From the IMG/VR virus record IMGVR_UViG_3300048578_000200, positions 1 to 39,553 of that record: a DNA stretch of 39,553 bases. The stretch is one strand, 5' to 3'. The notes below the pieces were generated by a model, which saw nothing but the letters and a program-made list of their open reading frames with translations, was not told where the DNA came from and did no database searches. A program made the position numbers and the translations under genes. Within the stretch, counting starts at the first letter, position 1. Each line of letters starts with the position of its first letter. Shown here piece after piece: positions 18,128 to 25,654 of this stretch. This DNA comes from a virus (Duplodnaviria; Caudoviricetes).

Positions 18128-18451
18128 TCAGGACCGGGATGGCTCGGTCTGGGAGACGTGGAACACAGTGGTGGTCTTCGGCCTCCGGAACGACGAGACC
18201 GACTGCTCGCCGGCCTCGGCCGGATCGCGCTTGGTCATCTCGATCCAGGTGACGACCTTGACGCCGTGCTCGCCCTTCTTGACCGAGCGGCCGAGTGCCT
18301 TCCAGGCGTTGAACGTCAGGACGTTCTCTCGCGGCTTGATGTCGTCGGTCGGGATGCCGCGGGCGGCAAAGCCCTCGAAGATCGCCGGGAAGTTGGCGAA
18401 CGAATTGCCGGTGGTGGCGCGGGTGAGCGCCTCGGCTGCGTACATGGACAT
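18128..18451 (-). CDS. Stand-alone ArdC-like N-terminal ssDNA-binding domain
   Basis: TFNAWKALGRSVKKGEHG...VFHVSQTE; no C-terminal metalloprotease domain. Confidence 0.75.
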   Translation of the reverse strand: MSMYAAEALTRATTGNSFANFPAIFEGFAARGIPTDDIKPRENVLTFNAWKALGRSVKKGEHGVKVVTWIEMTKRDPAEAGEQSVSSFRRPKTTTVFHVSQTEPSRS

Positions 18452-18475
18452 CGAAAGCTCCGTGGTAGGGAGAAG

Positions 18476-18526
18476 TGGTGGTCATCCACCTCGGAGGGTC
18501 GGTCCTGCCGGCCCTCGAAGGTAGAT
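18476..18526 (-). repeat. Conserved intergenic hairpin element, copy C
   Basis: ATCTACCT..GAGGGCCGG CAGGA CCGACCCTC..AGGTGGAT GA CCACC on the minus strand. Confidence 0.7.
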
Positions 18527-18726
18527 CAACCGACGCGGATGATGGTCACCTGGAAGCGTGCACCGATCGGGTCGGTGACCTCGACGACCAGTCCGGCGTC
18601 GTCGGTAAGGATGCCGGCCTCTTCGTAGGTCGCCACCTCGGCCGGCGAGCCGAACTGGTCTTCGCACTGGCGAATGATGGCGTCTGACAGGAGTTGCTGA
18701 AATTGGGTGGTTTGAAGGTCAGTCAT
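18526..18726 (-). CDS. Small hypothetical phage protein, first gene of the leftward region
   Basis: AGGGGG RBS; TYEEAGILTDDAGLVV...FQVTII. Confidence 0.7.
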   Translation of the reverse strand: MTDLQTTQFQQLLSDAIIRQCEDQFGSPAEVATYEEAGILTDDAGLVVEVTDPIGARFQVTIIRVG

Positions 18727-18746
18727 TGATAAATCCCCCTTTGATT

Positions 18747-18794
18747 TCAATAACTTAGCACCTATTCACTCTTAGGCAATAGGTAAGTGATTGA
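18747..18794 (-). promoter_or_regulatory. Sigma70-like early promoter flanked by inverted 11-mers
   Basis: TTGCCT-16-TAAGTT; TCAATAACTTA at 18747-18757 and TAAGTGATTGA at 18784-18794. Confidence 0.75.
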
Positions 18795-19065
18795 TTTCTC
18801 GAAGAATTTTCCGCCCGACGCTTTCGACGCTCACGCGCACGCGCGCGAGGCTCTTAAGCGCGGCGCGTTGGTTGCCATCGCAAATGGCGAGCTGGCGAAG
18901 GAGGGGGCTCTAAACACCCGAGAATTGGCGCTGCGCGTTGTGCGCGCGAAGGGCTTGGACGAATGCGATAAAGTGCTCCGTCACGGTATTATGGCGCAAG
19001 CGCCACAAACGCGCCGATTGACCCTCCCCATCTATTTCCCAGCCGTCTGGCAAAGACGGTATTGA
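18787..19065 (+). pseudogene. Probable gene remnant
   Basis: TRELALRVVRAKGLDECDKVLR resembles part of an alphaproteobacterial mobile-element protein; no good RBS. Confidence 0.35.
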
Positions 19066-19118
19066 CTAACCCGTCGCAAGGTCATGCAATGATCCCCATA
19101 TAATTCGGGGGGTTGGTC

Positions 19119-19286
19119 ATGATTGAGAATTGCGGCACAGAAGCGAGGACACCATGGCAAGCAGCAAGAGAACCGAGGCCGACTCCTCCGCCACCTCCGC
19201 CGCCTCCCAGGCCGCCGACGCCTCCCAGGCCGCCGACGCCGGGCGATGGGACGAGGGGCAATCCTCCCCCGATCAGACCCAGATGA
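19119..19286 (+). CDS. 55-aa proline-rich peptide
   Basis: MIENCGTEARTPWQAAREPRPTPPPPPPPPRPPTPPRPPTPGDGTRGNPPPIRPR; its TGA overlaps ATG 19283. Confidence 0.45.
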   Translation: MIENCGTEARTPWQAAREPRPTPPPPPPPPRPPTPPRPPTPGDGTRGNPPPIRPR

Positions 19287-19819
19287 ATGAGATTCAACGG
19301 CTTCGATTTGAGGCCACGATCAACGGGCGTTATCACACGGCACGACAGGGCTGGTACGAGTCCATGCACCGATGGTCCATGTTTGTGGTGGTCATCGGTG
19401 GCACTACTGCCGTAGCTGAGGCTGTGGGGACCGGGCGATCCTATTCATGGCTGATAGCTCTCGTCCCGACAATAGCGGGGACAATCGATCTTGTTTTCGA
19501 CCTTGCCGGCAAGTCGGCGCAACATGCGCGCCTCCAAGAACGTAGCTATGATATTGTTTCAGATATCGAACAGTCGACGGATAGCCCTGAAATTATTTGC
19601 AAGCGTGGTTGGGCGGCAATAGCGCGCATTTGTGCCCAAGAAACGAAAACGATGCGTGTCGTGCATGCGTTGGCTTACAACGACACCAAGGAGGGCTCGG
19701 AGAACGATGTTCAGGACGATTTGCTTATGTTCCCGTGGTGGGCGCGCTTGACGAGGCATATGTGGTCATATGACGGTTTGCGCATTCAGCGGGCGAAAGA
19801 CGCGCGGGCGACAACTTAA
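19283..19819 (+). CDS. SLATT-like two-TM protein (alternative start 19154)
   Basis: RYHTARQGWYESMHRW, two hydrophobic segments, then KSAQHARLQERSYDI, a SLATT-type layout. Confidence 0.6.
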   Translation: MNEIQRLRFEATINGRYHTARQGWYESMHRWSMFVVVIGGTTAVAEAVGTGRSYSWLIALVPTIAGTIDLVFDLAGKSAQHARLQERSYDIVSDIEQSTDSPEIICKRGWAAIARICAQETKTMRVVHALAYNDTKEGSENDVQDDLLMFPWWARLTRHMWSYDGLRIQRAKDARATT

Positions 19820-20212
19820 ATATCCTCCAGTGTGACCGCCTCGCATCCGATTGCGACTAGTTCCTCTGCACCGAGATTTTGACCGGTTCAGCTTTCGGCA
19901 GGTTTCTCAACTGGCGTCAGGTTCCTCGCGAGGAGAAGCCACGCTTGCGCGGCAGCTATCAGCTTCCGCTTGTGGCGAGGATCACTCTCGGCTTGCTGTA
20001 GTTTTTGCGCCGCGCGTTTCTGGCACTCGTCTGTACTGTACATTGGACCTTCGCACATGACCCACTCCCGAGAAGAATTTGCGGCGCTTTAATTGAACGC
20101 ATTTCAACACCGCGCTGTGCAATTTGGGACACCGCCCCGGAATCAGGACAACGCCCCGCGCGGCCCTCAGGGAACCGATCGGAAAGGGGCTCAACCAGTC
20201 AAAATCACTGTG

Positions 20213-20353
20213 TCAAGGAACTAGGGCGGCGAGGAAAAAATGAGCCGGCACCGTCGCCCGCGAAAGCTTGCTGGCGATGCTGGCCTTGGTCTCGTTGAAC
20301 CCGTGTTCCTTCATCCGTTCGGCTAAATCTTCGTAGGTCAAGGATGCTCGTTT
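20213..20353 (-). pseudogene. DUF6471-like HTH gene fragment
   Basis: Minus-strand translation KRASLTYEDLAERMKEHGFNETKASIASKLSRATVPAHFFLAALVP*; lacks the N-terminus. Confidence 0.6.
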
Positions 20354-20536
20354 ACCCGGCCCAATTTCGGCAGACGCCGGGGGGCGAGCGTCTTCCCCAC
20401 GCTTTCGGTGGCGGGCGTAGGCTATCGGGTGGGGTGGTTGGTAACGGGACGAAATTTACACAACCGGCGAGCCTTTACGGGGCGGAATTTTCTTCCACCG
20501 GATCTCTCACCGGAGAAGGGATTCCGACCGCTGAAC

Positions 20537-20863
20537 TCAGCCGGGCGGGCTCGCAGACTTGGGAGGCTTGAGGCGCCTATGGCCCTTGAGTTCGACTTGT
20601 GGCGGCGGTGGATTGGGAGATTCGTAGAATTGCCGCGCTTCCAACACCAGAAGCCGCTTTTGCAGGCTTTCGATCTGTCGCATCAGCTCGGGAACGGCGC
20701 TGTTTGAGTTTGCTCCCTCGAGCCGAGCGACACGCTCAGAAACTCGCGCAATGTCGCCACTCAGATCCTTCACGTCAGTGGCGATCTTGGCCACACGCTC
20801 GAACAGAGTGGCAAACTTGACGTGCGCGTCAGATAGCTTGCTGAACACGTCACTGATGCCCAT
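20537..20863 (-). CDS. Coiled-coil hypothetical protein
   Basis: GGAG RBS; overlaps the upstream gene. Confidence 0.55.
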   Translation of the reverse strand: MGISDVFSKLSDAHVKFATLFERVAKIATDVKDLSGDIARVSERVARLEGANSNSAVPELMRQIESLQKRLLVLEARQFYESPNPPPPQVELKGHRRLKPPKSASPPG

Positions 20864-21275
20864 TTTTCGGCTCCAGTACCTGGGCAATCCTCGCTCGGTT
20901 GCGGGCAATCGCAGCGCTTGCGTCGTCAATCTTCGCAACGGCTTTATCGGCGGCAGTAATAGCTGTGTCGATTGACTGGAGTACGTGCCTTTGGCGCGCC
21001 GCATTAGCAAGCGCCGCAGCTATACCTTGGGAGCGTTGGGCTTCCTTTTTCCCGATGACACCAGTGTAGTTAACTGAATACGATTCCGGCAGCGGCAACG
21101 AAGCCCAACTCTTCAGGGTCTGAAGCTCCTGTTCGGTTAACGTAATATCAAGCATAGGGAACGGCTTTCTCTTTCCCTTCTCGGAGGTCTGCACAGGGCG
21201 GAGCGCCGCCGGTCCTAGCCTCGTCATGCCGGTTTTAGATTTGCCGCTTCTTCCACCTGTTGTTGATTGCTTCAT
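20850..21275 (-). CDS. Hypothetical protein
   Basis: GGAGGGG RBS; lower-GC region. Confidence 0.55.
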   Translation of the reverse strand: MKQSTTGGRSGKSKTGMTRLGPAALRPVQTSEKGKRKPFPMLDITLTEQELQTLKSWASLPLPESYSVNYTGVIGKKEAQRSQGIAAALANAARQRHVLQSIDTAITAADKAVAKIDDASAAIARNRARIAQVLEPKNGHQ

Positions 21276-21451
21276 GTGACTGACCCCTCCAAAGAGCGTG
21301 CTGGGAAGATATAGCATGGCAGTACCGCATACACTCAAGCGGTGAGCTGCATTTTCACGTGGATCGCTATATATCGCTGGTTGCATCATTTGGCCGAGTG
21401 CCCGATTTCCCGGGGCTGATACCGACCGCAAGTAGAAACAAGGACAATGTC

Positions 21452-21970
21452 ATGGGGGATACAAGCACAGCGCTGGCGGCGATGGCCGCGCGCCGGCCGT
21501 CGAAAGAGCGCATCATCGAGACGCTGCGGGAGAAGGCGGGGATTGTCGCCGCCGCGGCGCGAACGCTCGGAGTGCATCGCTCGACGCTCTACAATTGGAT
21601 GGAGGAGGACAAGAGCGGCGACATTGCCGCGGCCACGAAAGACATCCGGGAGGAAGTCACCGATCTCGCGGAAGGCAAGCTCTTCGAGAACATCGAGAAG
21701 GGCCGATCCGAAGACATCCGCTTCTATCTGCGGTGCTTCGGCGGCCCCCGCGGCTACAAGGAGGTGACACGCATCGAAGGTCGAGACGGTGGCCCGATCG
21801 AGATGGAACACACATTCGATCCGCGGCCGGAGTCCTTGCGCAATGCCAACCTGGAAAATCTGAGCTGGGAGGATCTGCAAGACTATCGGCGACTGCGCCA
21901 GAAAATGAACGTGCCGCTGGTCGAGGGACCGGCGACGGAGGTGAAAGCCGAACCGGCGCCGGCCAAGTGA
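21452..21970 (+). CDS. terS: Terminase small subunit (HTH)
   Basis: GIVAAAARTLGVHRSTLYNW HTH, DLAEGKLFENI, IRFYL...RGY, GRDGGPIE. Confidence 0.75.
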   Translation: MGDTSTALAAMAARRPSKERIIETLREKAGIVAAAARTLGVHRSTLYNWMEEDKSGDIAAATKDIREEVTDLAEGKLFENIEKGRSEDIRFYLRCFGGPRGYKEVTRIEGRDGGPIEMEHTFDPRPESLRNANLENLSWEDLQDYRRLRQKMNVPLVEGPATEVKAEPAPAK

Positions 21971-22079
21971 GTCTAGGGGCAACTCGCCTCAATTAGGGAC
22001 AAATCGGCCGGCGGACTTACGCGCGCATGCGCGAGGCCGCATCGTGGCGGGACATCGATTCCCTACCACGGAGCCCACA

Positions 22080-22616
22080 ATGTTTTCCAAAGAGACGATC
22101 CAAAAGCTCTCCCAGGCCGCGATTGACAATGTCGACGTTATGATCAGCATCCTGGGCAACGCGAAGGAGCTCAGCACCGCCGAAAAGCTGGCGCTGCTCA
22201 CCGAGCTGACCGCGTTAAAGTCGGCGATGGGCGAGTACCAGCATGCCAAGACCGACGGACAGGAGCCGGCCGAGGCCGTTTCGGCGCCGGTGAGCGGGCA
22301 GACCAGCGAGGACGTCGTCGACGCGCAGGACTCGCGCCTTCTGTTCGATCGCGATGACGTGTATGACGCCATCGACTCGGAACGCGACTACCAGGAGCAA
22401 GGCAAGGGCAACTCCAAGCGCGATCCCGATCTTCCGCCGCCCAGTCTCGGCGACTTCATCTGCATCATGGAGGAATGCCTCTCCGATGCCCGCACGGCCT
22501 ATTACCGGCCGCGGCAGTACTGGGGGCACGGCCATTCGCCGCTCGACTACATCCGCAAGACCTGCGCCACCGGCGTCCAGTGCATGGAGCAGCACGGAGC
22601 ACCGGCCCGCATGTAA
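22080..22616 (+). CDS. Hypothetical two-domain protein
   Basis: 14-mer at 22060-22073. N-terminus paralogous to 23137-23361; C-terminal helical domain VYDAIDSERDYQ...IRKTCATGVQCMEQHG. Confidence 0.75.
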   Translation: MFSKETIQKLSQAAIDNVDVMISILGNAKELSTAEKLALLTELTALKSAMGEYQHAKTDGQEPAEAVSAPVSGQTSEDVVDAQDSRLLFDRDDVYDAIDSERDYQEQGKGNSKRDPDLPPPSLGDFICIMEECLSDARTAYYRPRQYWGHGHSPLDYIRKTCATGVQCMEQHGAPARM

Positions 22617-22678
22617 TCGCGGACTTCACCTGTTGGGCGCTGGCGTGAGCTGGCGCCCTTTCAGGAAGGGGAAAGTCG

Positions 22679-22960
22679 GTGGCCGAGACTTCGTGCTTGA
22701 AGCGTGACGCATCGATCTTGCTGCAATTGCGTGAGTTGGCGCGGGCGCAGCCCGACCAGCTTGTGCGCAATTCGCTGCAACGGACCGCTGACGATCTCCA
22801 GAGCGCAATTGCGCAGTTCGGCTCACTGCCGACGCCCGACAATCTCGCAACGGTCAACGGCCTGTATGCGCGGGCTGTGTTCTTGCTCGGCATGCACAAC
22901 ACGCCGCGGACCGGCGGGAATGGCGCAGGCTTGCGTGAGGGCGCCCGGCTGGCCGCATGA
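22679..22960 (+). CDS. Hypothetical protein
   Basis: GTG start after GAAGGGG. Confidence 0.55.
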   Translation: MAETSCLKRDASILLQLRELARAQPDQLVRNSLQRTADDLQSAIAQFGSLPTPDNLATVNGLYARAVFLLGMHNTPRTGGNGAGLREGARLAA

Positions 22961-22967
22961 GGTTCAC

Positions 22968-23111
22968 ATGATCGAGATCGTCGGCCTCTGCTTCTGTTCG
23001 TACATGTCCTTGTGGTCGTTGGCTCGCTCATTGCGCGCCGGCGATGGCGTCGCATTCCTGTCAGCCCCGCTGTGGGCTCTCGCTGCATCCCAGTTCTGTA
23101 CCTGCATCTGA
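22968..23111 (+). CDS. Small hydrophobic protein
   Basis: GAGG RBS; 47 aa with two hydrophobic stretches. Confidence 0.45.
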   Translation: MIEIVGLCFCSYMSLWSLARSLRAGDGVAFLSAPLWALAASQFCTCI

Positions 23112-23136
23112 AGCCTCCCTACCACGGAGAAATGAC

Positions 23137-23361
23137 ATGCCTTTCTCGAAAGAAACGACGAGCGCCATGGTGAAGGCGCAGCTCGATGCCTTCGACAAGA
23201 TGGTCGAAGTGATCAAGGCGGATACCCAGTCCACCGAAGTCGAGCGCTCGGCCATGACAGCCGAGGTGCTGGACGCCAAGACGCACATCGCGGCCGAAGA
23301 AGACCACATCAATGAGGAGCTGCCGGCGGTCGTCGCGGCGCATGCCATGTCCGGAGGCTGA
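23137..23361 (+). CDS. Hypothetical protein, paralog of the 22080 N-terminus
   Basis: 14-mer at 23116-23129; begins MPFSKETT. Confidence 0.7.
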   Translation: MPFSKETTSAMVKAQLDAFDKMVEVIKADTQSTEVERSAMTAEVLDAKTHIAAEEDHINEELPAVVAAHAMSGG

Positions 23362-23364
23362 TCG

Positions 23365-23607
23365 ATGGCGCTCCTGCAATTCGTCGGTGGCAGCTATGAC
23401 GGCCTCCAGATGGAGGCCGCCGCCGACACAGACTTCGTGCGGCTTCCTCAGCGGTGCGAAGACTCGGTGTTCGACATCCAGGACGTACCCGGACCCGAAG
23501 CCGATGCGATCATGGTCACCGAGCTCTATGAGCGGCAGGAGGTCGGCGGCCGGATGTGCCTCGTCCTGGCGGCGAGCAGCCAGGTTCCGGACCAGCGGCC
23601 TGGATGA
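23365..23607 (+). CDS. Hypothetical protein
   Basis: GGAGG RBS; FVGGSYDG. Confidence 0.65.
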   Translation: MALLQFVGGSYDGLQMEAAADTDFVRLPQRCEDSVFDIQDVPGPEADAIMVTELYERQEVGGRMCLVLAASSQVPDQRPG

Positions 23608-23617
23608 GGATGGCGGC

Positions 23618-23824
23618 ATGAACGTCCTGCGCTGGTGCACCCATTTTCAGATCAAGGGCATTGACGGATCATGGTCCAAGCCAATCAGCGTCTACAATCT
23701 CTCGCTGCCGACACTGGTCGGCAAATCCACCATGCTTCGCTGGATACGATCACCCCGCGGTGCCAGGGGCTATCGCCGTCATGTTCGCCGGCAGAAGCCG
23801 GCGCAGCGCTGGAACATGCCATGA
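23618..23824 (+). CDS. Hypothetical protein
   Basis: GAGGA RBS; ATGA overlap with the next gene. Confidence 0.5.
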   Translation: MNVLRWCTHFQIKGIDGSWSKPISVYNLSLPTLVGKSTMLRWIRSPRGARGYRRHVRRQKPAQRWNMP

Positions 23825-24006
23825 CCCGCAAACAAGTCGCCGACATTCTCCGCCAGATGGAGCGGGTGCGCGAGCTTGCCCATGAGGTGGAGAGCAAGAA
23901 GAGGGCACGTCAGTTCCTCACCGAATATCGGCGCATGTGGAAGGCCATCAGCCCCTACGTGACCGGAAAGAAGCCCTACAGCGAGCCGAAGGCGAAGGCG
24001 GCATGA
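23821..24006 (+). CDS. Hypothetical protein
   Basis: ATGA overlaps at both ends. Confidence 0.6.
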   Translation: MTRKQVADILRQMERVRELAHEVESKKRARQFLTEYRRMWKAISPYVTGKKPYSEPKAKAA

Positions 24007-24266
24007 GCCGAGAGTTCGATAACCGAGCCGTGGAGTATTACGAGCTTCGGCGCGTCACCATCCCGCCGTTGCAGCCGGGCGAGTCGCGGCTCACCACCGC
24101 GGCGGTCATCACGTGCAGTCTTTGCGGCCGCACCATCGACGGCATGGGCGGACCTGGCTGTGGTCCGATCTGCATTCCCTGTGGCGATCTCGTCAAGCGC
24201 GGGCAAGCGCGTGGCGCAGTCGTCTGGACTGGCGAACACCTCCCTGCCACGGAAAAGAGCAAATGA
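24003..24266 (+). CDS. Putative zinc-finger protein
   Basis: CSLC...CIPC. Confidence 0.6.
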   Translation: MSREFDNRAVEYYELRRVTIPPLQPGESRLTTAAVITCSLCGRTIDGMGGPGCGPICIPCGDLVKRGQARGAVVWTGEHLPATEKSK

Positions 24267-24712
24267 CGATCTCGCCCGAGGTGCACATTCTCACTAGTCG
24301 CGAACTCGAGGAACTGTCTACCCGGTGGTTCACGCGCGGCGTCGCGACCGGCAAGTCCGAGGCGATGGCCACCGACGACGACTCAATCGTCAGCTATGAA
24401 CATCACGGCCACAACGTCGCTGTCCGGTCCGATCTGAAGGGAAAGCACCGGGAGCATTGCCTCTGCTATCGCTGCTCAAAGTTCGTCGTGACGGTTACGA
24501 GCGCGCTCGGCGCATGCCCGTACTGTGGCTCGCCCGGCCAATGGCGCGAGAAGCGTCCGAATGGGAATGACGGATGCGCCAACGGGCACGTCTACGCCAG
24601 CGCTGAGGCCGTCCAGAATTGCCCGATCGCCGTCGAACTGCATTCGTTCTGCGTCAAGCACGGCATGACCACGCCTGTTTACGAGTGCCCTGCGTTCATC
24701 GAGAAACCCTGA
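24263..24712 (+). CDS. Cys/His-rich putative zinc-binding protein
   Basis: Motif variant at 24241-24254; CLCYRC, CPYC, CANGH, CPIA, ECPAF. Confidence 0.7.
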   Translation: MTISPEVHILTSRELEELSTRWFTRGVATGKSEAMATDDDSIVSYEHHGHNVAVRSDLKGKHREHCLCYRCSKFVVTVTSALGACPYCGSPGQWREKRPNGNDGCANGHVYASAEAVQNCPIAVELHSFCVKHGMTTPVYECPAFIEKP

Positions 24713-24735
24713 CCATCCCTACCACGGAGACCACC

Positions 24736-24954
24736 ATGATGCGCAAATTCTACGTTCTCAACGAAGCCGGACTCCCGTCGTTCGCCGATGACAACGCCGA
24801 CGAGGCGGAATCCTTCAAGTCGCTCGAACAGGCCCAGCAACGCGCCGTCGAATTGGCGAATGAATGCCCGGGGGAATGCTACGAGCTCGTCGGCACCGTC
24901 GGCTTCATGCGGTGCCCCGTCGGCGAAGCCGATTACACGGTGGTGGGGGCATGA
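24736..24954 (+). CDS. Small acidic hypothetical protein
   Basis: 14-mer at 24716-24729. Confidence 0.7.
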   Translation: MMRKFYVLNEAGLPSFADDNADEAESFKSLEQAQQRAVELANECPGECYELVGTVGFMRCPVGEADYTVVGA

Positions 24955-25235
24955 CCATGAAGACAGCACAGCAGGTCGGCCGCGTCGTCGCCGCTCTTCT
25001 CGACACGGGCGCCCGCACCGCCACCATGTACGTGGATTCGAATATGACGATCCGCGCCACCCGCAAGGGCAAGGGCGACCGCCGCGAGCGGCGTACCGAT
25101 ATCGCCCTCACCATCGGCAAGCCGAACTTCCTCGCTCGGAAGGCCATCAAAGACCTTCGGTCCGCTGGCGTGGAGTTTCCGGTGCGCAAGATCGAGCTCA
25201 AATGGCCGCCCAAGCGCCGAAAGGCGAAGAGGTGA
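24951..25235 (+). CDS. Basic hypothetical protein
   Basis: ATGA overlap; LTIGKPNF. Confidence 0.65.
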   Translation: MTMKTAQQVGRVVAALLDTGARTATMYVDSNMTIRATRKGKGDRRERRTDIALTIGKPNFLARKAIKDLRSAGVEFPVRKIELKWPPKRRKAKR

Positions 25236-25238
25236 GCT

Positions 25239-25409
25239 ATGCGCGAGCCCACCGATGCGGAGATCGAGCGGGGCGCCGAGAAGCTCCGTGAGATCGAGAT
25301 GGTTGGCCGCATCACGCGCGACTGGTCGATGCTCCCGAAGTGCGACAAGCGAAAATGGCGGATCAAGGCCGAGGCGGTGCTGCGATATGCACTGGCACTC
25401 TCGTCATGA
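25239..25409 (+). CDS. 56-aa hypothetical protein
   Basis: GAGGTG RBS; begins MREPTDAEIERGAEKL; below the track cutoff. Confidence 0.6.
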   Translation: MREPTDAEIERGAEKLREIEMVGRITRDWSMLPKCDKRKWRIKAEAVLRYALALSS

Positions 25410-25609
25410 AAGCACGCACCAAGACAGTCGACGACTTGGTGCGCCGAACCTATGCGAGCCTCGCTCACGAAGCGGCGAGGCGCGCCATGGCATCCGTCCA
25501 GACATTCAGCTCAACGGATCGGTCCGCTGACTTTTGGATGGAACGGGTGGAGCGCTGGCTCAACAAAGCAGGCGCTCACGCGGCGGCCGCGAAATTCAGA
25601 GTCCCTTGA
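25406..25609 (+). CDS. Hypothetical protein
   Basis: ATGA overlap with the previous gene. Confidence 0.5.
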   Translation: MKARTKTVDDLVRRTYASLAHEAARRAMASVQTFSSTDRSADFWMERVERWLNKAGAHAAAAKFRVP

Positions 25610-25654
25610 TCTGGCAGTCCTGATCCAGTGCCATCGCGCCAGTGAAACGGTGCG

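Larger units (their letters stand above)
703..24729. repeat. Dispersed start-associated 14-mer TCCCTACCACGGAG (22 copies)
   Basis: Exact copies (leftmost coordinate): +703, -7852, -9547, -12577, -13364, -14111, -14625, -15191, -15637, -16556, -17339, -18458, +22060, +23116, +24716. Variants: +1304, -3134, -4945, -5426, -15943, -18059, +24241. Confidence 0.97.

Noticed and set aside
703-24729. 14-mer repeats as a CRISPR array or integron attC array
   Set aside because: The repeats are too short, separated by whole genes and on both strands. No cas genes, integron integrase or RYYYAAC/GTTRRRY ends were seen.
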